From an uncultured delta proteobacterium (GTDB lineage: Bacteria; Desulfobacterota; Desulfobacteria; Desulfobacterales; JAFDCJ01): a stretch of DNA of 64,000 nt. Position numbers and translations under genes: made by a program. Under the pieces are notes generated by a model, which worked only from the letters and a program-made list of their open reading frames with translations, made no database searches and had not been told where the DNA came from. Positions 50,690 through 60,998 of the stretch are shown piece after piece. The stretch's first letter is position 1; the number at the start of each line of letters is the position of its first letter. The stretch is taken from NCBI GenBank assembly GCA_963769935.1, contig CAVYNY010000017.1, positions 96,001-160,000 of the forward strand, written 5' to 3'.

Positions 50690-52896
50690 GCCGTCTGTCC
50701 CTTTATATCCTGCAAAACCTGAAGGGAAACATTGACAACGGTTCCCCGGTTGGGTGTGCTTTCGACATAAATGTCGCCGCCGTGCTCTTCGACGAGCCGC
50801 CGGGTGATCGCCAGCCCCAGGCCGGAGCCCTTGCTTTTGGTTGTGAAAAACGGCTGGAAGATTTGATCCAGCGCTGTCGTTTCAATGCCCTTGCCGGTGT
50901 CGGCAACCGCAATGCGGATGGAATTTAAAGCGGCATCATAGTATGTCTTAACCGCCAGGGCGCCGCCGTCGGACATGGCTTCGATCGCATTGAACATCAG
51001 ATTCAAAAATACCTGCTGCAGCTGCATGGGATCGGCCATGGTTTTGGGGATGTCGGCGCCAAAGTCCTTTAGTACTTTTATCGGACTTGGGGAATTCGAG
51101 GACAATAGGGGGTGCTTCAAGGAAAATGAAATGGTTTTATCAAGCAGATCGTTTATATCCGTAAGCATTAGCTGCAATTGGGGCGGCTTGGCGAAATTCA
51201 GCAGGCTCTTAATCAATAATTCGATGCGTTTAATTTCATCAACGGCTTTGACCACAATCGATCGGTCCTCTTCCGAGATGCAGGGCTCCTGAAGGAGTAC
51301 TTCCACCGATCCCTTGATGCCGGCCAGCGGATTTTTGATTTCATGGGCCAGGCCGGCCGCCCATTCGCCGACCGTTTTCAACTGTTCGGTTCGCTGCAAG
51401 GCTTCCTCCACCCGTTTACGGTCGGTGATATCCCGGATGACATGAATCAATCCGGTAAGTTGGTGATCGCTGTCGAACATAGGCATTGCGCGTATCTCAA
51501 GAAACCGTTCCAGGTGCGGCTCATACATTTCAAAGGAGGCCGGCTTTTCCGTCCGGTAGCATTCACAGCTGGGGCAATCTTCCGGCGGACTTTGCTTGCC
51601 ATGGTAATACTGATAGCATTTTGCTTCGGTATCTTCCAGAAACGGCAGATTCAGGAATTTTTCAGCGGCCTTGTTGGCGCGGATGATTCTGAAATCCCTA
51701 TCATGAATTGTTATCATATCGGTGATGGTATTAAACGTGTCCTCCCATTCCTGCTTGGACTGCAGGACCAATTGCTCCATTTGCCTGCGTACCGAGATAT
51801 CGCGGTCAAACGCCAGGATATATCTGTGACCCATATATTCGACCAGCCCGGCGCTGATTTCTACCGGAAAAATCGTGCCGTCTTTTTTGCGGTGGTCTAA
51901 CTCAGCCTTGATCCATTCACCTTCTAAAATGCGCCGGAACCGTGCCGGGGCAACCTCGGCATCCTCCGGGGCATCGAGATCTTTTATCAGGTTTAGCTTC
52001 AGCATTTCATCGATCGTATAGCCATGCATATCGGCGGCGGCCTGGTTGGCATCCACAATATCGCCGCGGTTTTCGCCTTCGGCTTCGACCATGAAAATGG
52101 CGTCCCCGGCGCTTTCAAAGAGCGTGCGGTATCTTCGTTCGCTTTCCCGGATATTTAAGATGTTTTGCTTCAGGGACTCCGACATGGCATTAAAGGATGT
52201 GGCCACCTCGCCGAACTCATTTTTTAAGCCTTTGATGCGGTAATCCAGATCACCTTCCTGCAATTGACGCGTGGCTTTTAAAAGAACCTTGACCGGTTTG
52301 GTAAACTCGCCGATGACAAAAAAACAAAAGCCGGCCGCAATCAGAAGCGTTATGACCACCAGCGTATTGACAATATGTTCTGACCGGCCGATTGCATTCA
52401 GTGAGGCTTCGGTTTTATCACCCAGCCTGCTGCTGGCTATGTGCACCATGTCGTTGGCCTGCTCCACCAGCGTCTGCGATGTCCGGAACGCCGTGTCGCC
52501 CTCCTGCATCCATTCGGCAAGATTGCCCTTCAGGGTCAGAATCCGGCCGATAGATCCTTTTAACAACTCGACTCCCGAGTTCAATACCTCAAGCCGTTTT
52601 ACCACCTGGGGTCTGTGATGGCAATCAAAGCAGGTGACGGACACGCGCTTCAAATTATTGACGTTGGTCAGAATTTCGTCCGGGCTTTTATCGTAGCGTG
52701 TCCCGATGAGGTAGAGGTCCGACTGCACATTTTTTATCTGGATCAGCAAATGTTCCCGCAGGATTTCAACCTGGTGGAGTTTAATCAGATAGCCGAGCTC
52801 CGAGGTGGCATCCTGGATTGTTGAAACGATATAGACGCCGCCGCTGATCAATATGATGCAGACGAGGCCTAAAGCCATGAATATTTTTTTCTTCAT
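50686..52896 (-). CDS. Sensor histidine kinase with periplasmic CxxCH, HAMP and two PAS domains
   Basis: CFDCHH between two TM helices, AHEIKNPL, PFFTTK, GSGLGL. Confidence 0.92.
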   Translation of the reverse strand: MKKKIFMALGLVCIILISGGVYIVSTIQDATSELGYLIKLHQVEILREHLLIQIKNVQSDLYLIGTRYDKSPDEILTNVNNLKRVSVTCFDCHHRPQVVKRLEVLNSGVELLKGSIGRILTLKGNLAEWMQEGDTAFRTSQTLVEQANDMVHIASSRLGDKTEASLNAIGRSEHIVNTLVVITLLIAAGFCFFVIGEFTKPVKVLLKATRQLQEGDLDYRIKGLKNEFGEVATSFNAMSESLKQNILNIRESERRYRTLFESAGDAIFMVEAEGENRGDIVDANQAAADMHGYTIDEMLKLNLIKDLDAPEDAEVAPARFRRILEGEWIKAELDHRKKDGTIFPVEISAGLVEYMGHRYILAFDRDISVRRQMEQLVLQSKQEWEDTFNTITDMITIHDRDFRIIRANKAAEKFLNLPFLEDTEAKCYQYYHGKQSPPEDCPSCECYRTEKPASFEMYEPHLERFLEIRAMPMFDSDHQLTGLIHVIRDITDRKRVEEALQRTEQLKTVGEWAAGLAHEIKNPLAGIKGSVEVLLQEPCISEEDRSIVVKAVDEIKRIELLIKSLLNFAKPPQLQLMLTDINDLLDKTISFSLKHPLLSSNSPSPIKVLKDFGADIPKTMADPMQLQQVFLNLMFNAIEAMSDGGALAVKTYYDAALNSIRIAVADTGKGIETTALDQIFQPFFTTKSKGSGLGLAITRRLVEEHGGDIYVESTPNRGTVVNVSLQVLQDIKGQTA

Positions 52897-53055
52897 TTTT
52901 AATCTGCTATTTTATGGGTTTCAGAGGTTTAGATTTCTAAACTGGAAAAAATCTTCGCAAAATACCACATTGTGACGAAAAGCGAAACTGCTTTCAAAAT
53001 TCCCTGCTTCTCTGGCTTTAGACCTGTATCGGTTAACATTTGTCAGATGCAAAAA

Positions 53056-53473
53056 GTTTCAGGTGTCAGCTCGGCCGCCGGCCAAAACAACGGCCGGTCT
53101 GATCAAAAAAGAAACAGAATAGTTCACCGCAGAGCCCGCAGCCTCCGGCCCATAGGGCCTACGCCCCGGTGGGAGAACGCCGAGGAAGAAAATGTTAATT
53201 AATTTCTCTGCGCTCTCAGCGGTGAGACACTTCATAAAAATCGCATCGAATTTAATGAAGTTTCATATGAGTTTTCACTTGTCAGGCATTGGAAGTGCTG
53301 AATACTGAGACCTATAATTTGCTCAATTGTTGCTGGACGAGTATAATGCCTCATAAAGGCCAATTTTTTGGAGCGAAGTCCCGGAAAAATAATTCAATAG
53401 TTATTGTCTTTTTTTATATCATTTTGGTCGGTTACAGGCTGGACTGACACCTGAAACCTGACACCTGAAACCT
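53056..53473. repeat. Nested composite repeat element, copy 2
   Basis: Outer heptamer arms GTTTCAGGTGTCAG / CTGACACCTGAAACCTGACACCTGAAACCT enclose an element (53092-53268) homologous to 30667-30842. Confidence 0.65.
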
Positions 53474-53531
53474 CATAATTAACCTGACATCCGTCGACAA
53501 CTGCAACAGATAGCCGACCCGGCACGCCGCC

Positions 53532-55943
53532 CTACTCCTCCTTGACTGTGCGCTGCGCGGGATCATGGAAATACAGGTATTTAAACAATCCGTCGGGACC
53601 GTGGCAGTCCATGCACGGCAAATTACGGGATTGAACCCTGAGAAAACTATTGTCGGCCGACCCCTCTGTCTTGACGCCGGTGCCCTCGGAAGGACTCCCT
53701 GAACTCCACTGATGCGCATTGTGGCAGGAGGGGCAGGAAAGATTGCCGACCGTTATTAACTGGCCGGTGGTCTTGTCAAAAAGTGGGAAGTAGTTGGCCC
53801 GGCCTTTCGTATTGCGGCCGACGTTGGTAATCAGCTTACCCGCCGGGTGAAAGGCAATCGGTGGAATTTTATCAGCGGCCGCGCCATTTCTGGAATGGCA
53901 GGAAATGCACATCATTTCGGCAATGCTGTTGCCTGAGGTTAAATCCCGGGCCCAGAGCCTGATTTTATTGGGGCTGTTGTGAACCAGATGACAGACGCCG
54001 CAGGTGCCCGATTCGAGCGGAGTTTGACCGATTATATTCAGGGCCGACGGTGCCATCGAGACCAGATCATGATCGGTTTTATTGATATACGCCTGCGCAG
54101 CATGGCAGTTTTCGCAAAGCCCGGCTGCGGGTGAATTTTCCAATCTTAAAAAACTGTTTTGTGAGGTCCCCTCGATCTTAATCTGGTTTTTATCAGGTGT
54201 CTGCGACGGCGCCCAGCGATGCGGATCATGGCAGGTGGGACAGGCGATGACACCGTTTGGCGAAATTTTCCCCTTTCCGTCAAATAACGGCAAGGTGGTG
54301 GCGAGCCCTTTTTCAGAAGGTGGCAGGTCGATTGGATGGGAATAATCTTTGATTACTTTTTTGCCTGCCAGGCCGTTGTCGCTATGACAGTCGAGACAAA
54401 GGCCATCGACCGCACTTTTATTTTCCGCGGTTCGTTTCCTGGCCCAGAGAAATGTCTGCTGGGCATTGTGCACCAGGTGGCAGCTGCCGCAGACACCCGA
54501 CTGCAAAGGCGTTTGATTCCGGGTGTTCCTGGCTTCCGGCGCCACCTTGCCCAGATCATGTTTGGAATCGGCAATGTAAAATTTGTCACGGTGGCATTCA
54601 CGGCAGATTTCCGGTGACGGCTGCCTGATAAAGAATTGGCGGATCGGTTTGTTTTCTTTGGCTGCGGCGGCGGCAGGGGCTGCCGCCGACCGATGAGGGT
54701 CATGGCAGGTGGTGCACGTTATGACCCCCTTCTGATCCTGCAATCCGAAATCGTTATAAAGCGGAAGGTCCGGCTTATTTTCAGGCCGAACCGCCAGCGG
54801 ATGCTGGGTGCCGGTTAAACTGGCTTTACCTGCGATATTGCCCTGGCTGTGACAGCTCAGGCACAGTGCTGTGGTAAAATTTTCTCCGCCGGCAAGTTGT
54901 CTGGCCGCCTTGTGGGGCAGATGGCAGGCCGAACAAACGCCGGCCTGAGCTACCGTCTGGCCTTGAAGATTCCTTTCATTCGGCCCTGACAGCTGCAGAT
55001 TGTGGGTGGTATCGGAAATCGACTTTTTGTCCGGGTGACAGTTCAGGCAAAAGGCCGCCTTTTCATCGTTTGTTACCAGCAGGGACGCCTGTTCGGTCTG
55101 GTTTTTATGGACCTTATGGCAGGTCAGGCATATCAACTCTCCGTTGCGGCCTGTTTCGGCACCTTTTTTTATTATCGCTTCAGGTATCGTTGCTTTTACC
55201 GGCTTGACGTTTACGACATGCATGGGTTTTTTTTTGCCGGCCGGAGTCATAGGGTTCTTATCCGGGTGGCATGCCATACAAAGACTGGAATCGCGGCCGC
55301 TTTCAATCAGAAAACTCTCATACTTCGCCCCGTGGGCGGCGTGGCAGGTTTCGCATATCAGTTGATTGGGTTTATCGCCCGCCAACGCATACCCTTCCAT
55401 CAGACGGTGGGGAATTTCCTGCTTGACGGTATCCAACGGGTGATTGTGAAATTTGCTGGCATCAGCCATCTCCGGGTGGCACATGCGGCACATGGCTGAA
55501 TTGCGGTTGGAGGTTCGCATGAAAATCGACTCTTTGTTGCCGGGCCCGCTGGGAACTCCGTGGGCGGTGTGACAGGTGGCACATACCATGTTGCCCTGTT
55601 CGTCCAGCGGAAAAATAGGGGGTATCTTCATGTGCGCGGGCGGCGGCACATTGGTTTTGTGTTGAGCCGTCTGGTAGGCGCGGGCGCGGGAATCCTCGAT
55701 GCTGCCGTCATGACAGGAAAAGCACATTTCAGGCGTGGCAACTACTTTGGCAGCCGTATAATCGACCAGGTCACTCCCCCGGCCCTCTACAAAAAAGGTG
55801 TCAATCCAGCGATAGTGACAGATGGCACATGCCTTGGCTGAATTGGGGTTTTTCGGCGGCGCCACATTCATCTGGGCATCGGACAACTTGAAAAGCAGAA
55901 CCAGCGCAACGCTAAGTAGAATCAGGAAACTTTTTCTTTTCAT
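53532..55943 (-). CDS. 20-heme cytochrome c, exported
   Basis: 20 CxxCH counted; internal three-heme repeats (HDL..GVC..CH..HP). Confidence 0.9.
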   Translation of the reverse strand: MKRKSFLILLSVALVLLFKLSDAQMNVAPPKNPNSAKACAICHYRWIDTFFVEGRGSDLVDYTAAKVVATPEMCFSCHDGSIEDSRARAYQTAQHKTNVPPPAHMKIPPIFPLDEQGNMVCATCHTAHGVPSGPGNKESIFMRTSNRNSAMCRMCHPEMADASKFHNHPLDTVKQEIPHRLMEGYALAGDKPNQLICETCHAAHGAKYESFLIESGRDSSLCMACHPDKNPMTPAGKKKPMHVVNVKPVKATIPEAIIKKGAETGRNGELICLTCHKVHKNQTEQASLLVTNDEKAAFCLNCHPDKKSISDTTHNLQLSGPNERNLQGQTVAQAGVCSACHLPHKAARQLAGGENFTTALCLSCHSQGNIAGKASLTGTQHPLAVRPENKPDLPLYNDFGLQDQKGVITCTTCHDPHRSAAAPAAAAAKENKPIRQFFIRQPSPEICRECHRDKFYIADSKHDLGKVAPEARNTRNQTPLQSGVCGSCHLVHNAQQTFLWARKRTAENKSAVDGLCLDCHSDNGLAGKKVIKDYSHPIDLPPSEKGLATTLPLFDGKGKISPNGVIACPTCHDPHRWAPSQTPDKNQIKIEGTSQNSFLRLENSPAAGLCENCHAAQAYINKTDHDLVSMAPSALNIIGQTPLESGTCGVCHLVHNSPNKIRLWARDLTSGNSIAEMMCISCHSRNGAAADKIPPIAFHPAGKLITNVGRNTKGRANYFPLFDKTTGQLITVGNLSCPSCHNAHQWSSGSPSEGTGVKTEGSADNSFLRVQSRNLPCMDCHGPDGLFKYLYFHDPAQRTVKEE

Positions 55944-56021
55944 CCCTAATTATTCAAATTTGGAAAATCTGGTCCTCTGGGCCAGGCCAGAGTAAACCGG
56001 CTAGGCCGAAGACATATGCCG

Positions 56022-56161
56022 TGGAATGATGGAATATTGGAATGTTGGAATTATGGGTTCTGAAGGATGAAATCTTTTTTCGATACACCTCATAGATCAG
56101 AAACTAAAAACAAGATAAATTCCGTTTTTTAAACCCAATATTCCATTATTCCAGCATTCCA
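56022..56161. repeat. Inverted array of TGGAATRN octamers
   Basis: TGGAATGATGGAATATTGGAATGTTGGAATTATGGG ... CCCAATATTCCATTATTCCAGCATTCCA. Confidence 0.8.
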
Positions 56162-56231
56162 TTGGACGTCTAAAGGAAAACGCCGCCTTTGTGGTGTGAA
56201 ATCAATTCCGGGCCCTCGGGGTTATGATTCC

Positions 56232-57182
56232 CTACTTTGATTCAGCTTCGCCCACCTGGCGGTATACGCCGACCTTGTTGGCAAACATTTCCACCACATA
56301 GAGTCGGTCCTGCCGATCTATGAATAGGCCAACAGGAGTCTTGAATTTTTTTACCTTGCCGGTTGCCGGCTCACCGATAGCGGCGTAAAACTCCCCGGTC
56401 GACGTGAAAATTTGAATGACGCCCATGTAACTGTCACTGACATAGATGCGGTTGTTTTTATCAACGGCGACGCCCTTGGGTCTGAAAAATTCTCCTTTTT
56501 CAACCCCCCATCCGCCGATGAAATTTACAAACAATCCGTCCGGATTCAGCTCCTGAACCCGGGTATTGATCACATCAACGATATAGAGGTATTTTTGTTT
56601 ATCCAGCGCTATCAGAAAAGGATAGCGGAAGGCGCGTTTGTCGGTGCCCGGTGTGCCCCATGAATCAAGCAATTTAAGATTTGAGAGATCGTAGACCAGA
56701 ATGCGATGGTTGTCGTTGTCCACGACATAGCAGCGGTGGCGGGTGTCATCGACGGCCACATCGGTGGGGTCCGCCGGATGTTTCAAAGCCGGAAGTTTAA
56801 TTTGGGCGATAAAGCCGCCGGTGCGATCAAATATCTGCACCCGATGGTTGCCGGAGTCAGCCACATATACCCGGCCTGATTCAGGGATGTCGATGCCCAG
56901 CGGGTATTTGAACTCCCCGTCGCCTGCACCCGCCAGGCCGAAGGAAGAAACCGGCATTCCCCGGGAGCTGTATATCCGGATACGGTTGTTGACGCCGTCA
57001 ACCACATAGATTTGTCCATCTTTTGATACAGCGACCTCGCTGGGCTCCTTTAGCTGATCGGTTATTTCGAATTGAAGCTCCACATTAATTAGACGAATCC
57101 CCAATGCCGGCGTCACCGCCAGCAGCAGGATGACGGCCGACAGCACTAGGTATGAGTAGCTGTGTTTAGGCAAATATAACAT
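56232..57182 (-). CDS. NHL-repeat beta-propeller, exported
   Basis: YVVDGVNNRI, VADSGNHRVQIF, FFRPKGVAVD. Confidence 0.9.
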   Translation of the reverse strand: MLYLPKHSYSYLVLSAVILLLAVTPALGIRLINVELQFEITDQLKEPSEVAVSKDGQIYVVDGVNNRIRIYSSRGMPVSSFGLAGAGDGEFKYPLGIDIPESGRVYVADSGNHRVQIFDRTGGFIAQIKLPALKHPADPTDVAVDDTRHRCYVVDNDNHRILVYDLSNLKLLDSWGTPGTDKRAFRYPFLIALDKQKYLYIVDVINTRVQELNPDGLFVNFIGGWGVEKGEFFRPKGVAVDKNNRIYVSDSYMGVIQIFTSTGEFYAAIGEPATGKVKKFKTPVGLFIDRQDRLYVVEMFANKVGVYRQVGEAESK

Positions 57183-57228
57183 CAAAGTCCTTTTTTAGGT
57201 TTCAGGTATCAGGTGTCAGCACAGCCAA

Positions 57229-57479
57229 CAATCAAAATCACAAATTCCAAATCACAAAACTCAAACAATTTCCAATGACCAAAATTCAAAATTCCAAACA
57301 GGACTTCATCGGTTTTGTTATCGCTTTAGATAAATAAGCGATCCTTTGATCGCGAACGCACAAAAGTTCTAAAACATGAAAAAATAAAACAGTTTGATTT
57401 TCTTGATATGGCCGGTTTCGGTCATTGATTATTGTGATTTGGAATTTATTTGTTATTTGGTGCTTGTAATTTGGAATTT
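57229..57479. repeat. Inverted array of AAATYMC heptamers
   Basis: AAATCACAAATTCCAAATCAC..CAATGACC versus GGTCATTG..GTGATTTGGAATTT. Confidence 0.75.
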
Positions 57480-57542
57480 ATACCTTTCCGCCAGTTCTTT
57501 GCCATCGGTTTTCTGCCTCCTGGAAATTGACATGACACCCGT

Positions 57543-58520
57543 CTAGTTTTCAAACAGGTCCGGAAAATAAAAGGTTTTGTATTTAGTCACCAGGCCTTTG
57601 ATGTTCAGCGATTTAAGATTGGTGGCCGTCTTTTCGCTAAAGCCCAGCTGCTTAAAATCCAGGATGCTGTGGGAAGAATGGCACTCCTCACAGGCCACGC
57701 TGATTTCCTTTTTGGCGATGTCCCGGTGAAAATAACTCAGGCCTTCGGTTCTCTGCTTGTCTGTCAGGGATTTTTCCTTCTGCAGGAATTCTTTTGCCTT
57801 GCGGGTGTCCTCAGGGTTGAATGTCAGTTGTCTTTCTCCGTCATTTTTTACATAAACCGCTATTCTGGATAAAAAATGCGCTGATTTGTGGGCGGTTTGC
57901 GTCCTGGGGTTGTAATACGTACCGAAAGGCTTCCCGCTGAAATCCGCGTTTTCGGTGTCTTTCCAGTCAAAGGTGAAATCAGGGAATTTTTCTTTTTTTA
58001 AATGACATACGTCACAGACCATAAATCCGGTGTGCAAATTTAAAAGCGCACGGACCAGTTTATTTTCAGTATGGGGATACAACGGGTGGCAAACACGGCA
58101 GGCGGTTTCGTCATCCAGCCGGGTGATATACGACTGTTCTCCCTTATGGATATCTTTCAAAGGGTAATTTTTTACCAGCTGCTTGTCTTTTAATTCGCGG
58201 TGACAGGCAGTGTTGCAATTAACCTGTGTCTCACCCGTGTGGGGAACTTTCACCACACCGGTGTGGCACATGCGGCAGTCCACCTTGCCATGGGGCGACT
58301 GGTCATATTTTGCTTCATCAATATGCAGCACTGTGAATCCGCCATCTTTATTATGCCGGACAAGACCTGGATATTGATGACAGGTAAGGCACCCCCCTTC
58401 GTCGAGTGCAAAGCTCACAGTGGCCGTACTAAGGAGCAAGCTGCAAACAACCAGTGTCACAAAGACCAATGGATACGCCCTCAAATTTTTTAAACGAATT
58501 GAATGAAAAAGCGCTTTCAT
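57543..58520 (-). CDS. Multiheme cytochrome c (5 CxxCH + 1 CX3CH)
   Basis: CLTCH, CRMCH, CNTACH, CRVCH, CDVCH, CEECH; the ATG at 58520 lies downstream of the sigma54 promoter. Confidence 0.88.
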   Translation of the reverse strand: MKALFHSIRLKNLRAYPLVFVTLVVCSLLLSTATVSFALDEGGCLTCHQYPGLVRHNKDGGFTVLHIDEAKYDQSPHGKVDCRMCHTGVVKVPHTGETQVNCNTACHRELKDKQLVKNYPLKDIHKGEQSYITRLDDETACRVCHPLYPHTENKLVRALLNLHTGFMVCDVCHLKKEKFPDFTFDWKDTENADFSGKPFGTYYNPRTQTAHKSAHFLSRIAVYVKNDGERQLTFNPEDTRKAKEFLQKEKSLTDKQRTEGLSYFHRDIAKKEISVACEECHSSHSILDFKQLGFSEKTATNLKSLNIKGLVTKYKTFYFPDLFEN

Positions 58521-58596
58521 GACAATAACGTCCTGGTCTGTTTGTTCAAAATCTGAATCACCCAATGCCAATAATGCTAACCTCGAAACTTTAGAG

Positions 58597-58611
58597 GCAA
58601 TTACTATACCA
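58597..58611 (-). promoter_or_regulatory. Sigma54 -24/-12 promoter
   Basis: TGGTAT-AGTAA-TTGC, 14/15 identical to 39133-39147. Confidence 0.85.
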
Positions 58612-58763
58612 AACAGCATTTAGTTTCCAGCTTTTTTGCCAAAGCATCTTTTACCCCCCCTTGGTGTTCAGGGAAAGCAGGGTGGTTGCCGCGTCCTCGT
58701 TTTTGCATCGGAAAAACAAGGGCCGCGTGCAAAAAAACCGTTGCGGTCAGGGCATTCGTTGCC

Positions 58764-58799
58764 TGGTGAAATCACCAATCTGATTCGGTGAAATGCCCA
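58764..58799. promoter_or_regulatory. Tandem enhancer sites
   Basis: TGGTGAAATCACCA and CGGTGAAATGCCCA, 22 bp apart. Confidence 0.8.
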
Positions 58800-58886
58800 A
58801 TTGTTCTTTATTTGATAAACGAATTAAATCCGGCTGACTACCATTAACAAAAGGTTTTTAAAAGATCATTCCCGTCGCAGACGCTC

Positions 58887-58901
58887 TGGCACATACATTG
58901 C
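58887..58901 (+). promoter_or_regulatory. Sigma54 -24/-12 promoter
   Basis: TGGCAC-ATACA-TTGC, consensus match. Confidence 0.9.
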
Positions 58902-59042
58902 AAAATATTCTTAAAATCAAATAATTGCAACCCAATTCCGTTTCGAATCCCAATTTTTAAGTAAGGTCAGGTAAAGCATCTGCGGTAATTTATAACCGAC
59001 TGGTAAATGCCGATTCTTCAATTTAAAGAGGCAGTGCAGCTT

Positions 59043-60119
59043 ATGGTAATCAAAAAACTCCTTAAATTCATAATCTCCTTCTGGGCCATCACCTTATTCT
59101 TAGCGCTTATCACGCCGCCGGGTTCCGTAGCCTCCGATATCGGCAACTGTCTTTTATGCCACAAGTACCCCGGTCTAAGCCGGATAGACGAAAACGGCAA
59201 ATTCAGGCTCATGTACGTCAATGAAGACATATTCAATAAAAGCGTACATGCCAAAGTTAAATGCGAAGGCTGCCACCCGGACATCCAAAAGATTCCCCAC
59301 GAGCCGGCCAAAAAAGTCGACTGCCTGACCCAATGCCACATTATCGAGCCATCCAGCGAAAAAAAATTTTCCCACAAAGATGTCGCGGATTATTTGGCCA
59401 ATAGTGTGCATGCCAAGGTCGATAAAAATGGACAACCCAAAAAATATCAGGAGGATATACCGACGTGCAAGAACTGTCATGAAAACCCGCTTTACCGGCC
59501 GCTGTCTTTTTTCAAACGGGTGCGCCCCGGCATATCCGATGTCGCTATAGGACGGTGCCGGGTTTGTCATAAATCCGATGAATTTATCTATAGATTCTAT
59601 AACCACGTGACGACCAGGCTGCACAAGATCAGAAACCCGAGAAATATCGCCGAAGTGTGTGCCAGATGCCATGACGATGACGAAATCGTCGCGCGGCATA
59701 ACCTGTCCACCAAAGCCGTATTCTCCTACGGCGAAACGTTTCACGGCAAGGCGGCCCGTTTTCTGGATGAAAGAATCCCCGATTGCCTCGACTGTCATGT
59801 CAAACCCGGCGAATCCGTGCACCAGATGCTGAGCCACAACGATCCGAATTCCATCACGCATGTAAACAACCGAGGCAGAATCTGCGCCACTGCGGACTGC
59901 CATCCCAAGGCCACACCGCAAATGGCCAACTACAAAGTTCACGCTGAGTTCAACAAGGAGCAAAGCCCTCTGCAGTATTATTTTCAGGTATTTTTTATCG
60001 TATTGACCGGCGGCACCCTGCTGCCCCTGATGGGCCTGTTGTTTCTCGATTTATTCAGAAGATTGATTCCGCATGCTGCCATCAAACGGAGTAAGTCCAC
60101 CAATGGAAAAACATCTTAA
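59043..60119 (+). CDS. Membrane-anchored multiheme cytochrome c (CbcL c-domain-like)
   Basis: 6 CxxCH + CLTQCH + CATADCH; signal peptide and C-terminal TM helix. Confidence 0.85.
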   Translation: MVIKKLLKFIISFWAITLFLALITPPGSVASDIGNCLLCHKYPGLSRIDENGKFRLMYVNEDIFNKSVHAKVKCEGCHPDIQKIPHEPAKKVDCLTQCHIIEPSSEKKFSHKDVADYLANSVHAKVDKNGQPKKYQEDIPTCKNCHENPLYRPLSFFKRVRPGISDVAIGRCRVCHKSDEFIYRFYNHVTTRLHKIRNPRNIAEVCARCHDDDEIVARHNLSTKAVFSYGETFHGKAARFLDERIPDCLDCHVKPGESVHQMLSHNDPNSITHVNNRGRICATADCHPKATPQMANYKVHAEFNKEQSPLQYYFQVFFIVLTGGTLLPLMGLLFLDLFRRLIPHAAIKRSKSTNGKTS

Positions 60120-60972
60120 AATCAAGATAAAAAACGGCCAAAAATATTTCTACAAATTTACGCCGCTTCAGAGAGCACAGCATATAACCATTGCATCATG
60201 TGTCATCGTGCTGGTCCTGACCGGCATGCCCCTTAAATTTCATGATGCATTCTGGGCGCCCTATCTTTATGCGTTCTTTGGCGGAATTAAGGTGGCCCCG
60301 GTGGTTCATAAGACTGCCGGCACGGTCTTGATGCTTCTTTTTATGTTTCACCTGATTTACGTGTTCTACTGCATCGTGACGGACATGATAATTCCGTTGA
60401 AGAAAAAAAACCAACTGCGGGTAGGCACGGTCCTCAAAACCCTGCTGACCCACCCCATCATGCCAAGCTTCAAGGATGTCAGGGATATCATCGATCTTTT
60501 GAAATATTACCTGTTCTTGACCGATAAACGTCCCGCAGGCGAAAAGTTTACCTGGAAAGAAAAGTTTGACTACTGGGCACCCTTCTGGGGCATCGTCATC
60601 ATGGTGACCACCGGTATCATTATGTGGCAGAAGGAAATCGTTACCAGTATCCTGCCGGGATATGTCATCAACTTCGCCCTGATTGCCCACAGCGACGAAG
60701 CCCTGCTGGCGGCCTTGTTTTTGTTCATCTGGCACTTTTACAATGTGCATTTTTCCACCTCCGTTTTTCCCATGGGTACGGTATTTCTGACGGGATATCT
60801 GCCGGAGCATCTGATGGTCGAAGAACATTATGATTACTACCAGAAAGTCATGAAAGCCGCCGGATTAGAGGATGAGATTCTGGCACCGGATGGTTCGGCA
60901 GCAAAAAAATCGGAAAAAGCGCCGGAACCAACCCGCATCATATCCATCTCGGATCTGCCGCGAGTATCCTGA
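60103..60972 (+). CDS. Di-heme cytochrome b (FdnI/CbcL b-domain-like)
   Basis: QRAQH, LTGMPLK, VHK, KFTWKEKFDYWA, AHSDEALLA, WHFYNVH. Confidence 0.88.
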   Translation: MEKHLKIKIKNGQKYFYKFTPLQRAQHITIASCVIVLVLTGMPLKFHDAFWAPYLYAFFGGIKVAPVVHKTAGTVLMLLFMFHLIYVFYCIVTDMIIPLKKKNQLRVGTVLKTLLTHPIMPSFKDVRDIIDLLKYYLFLTDKRPAGEKFTWKEKFDYWAPFWGIVIMVTTGIIMWQKEIVTSILPGYVINFALIAHSDEALLAALFLFIWHFYNVHFSTSVFPMGTVFLTGYLPEHLMVEEHYDYYQKVMKAAGLEDEILAPDGSAAKKSEKAPEPTRIISISDLPRVS

Positions 60973-60998
60973 GCGGACGCTGAAAGAGGAAGTTATTA

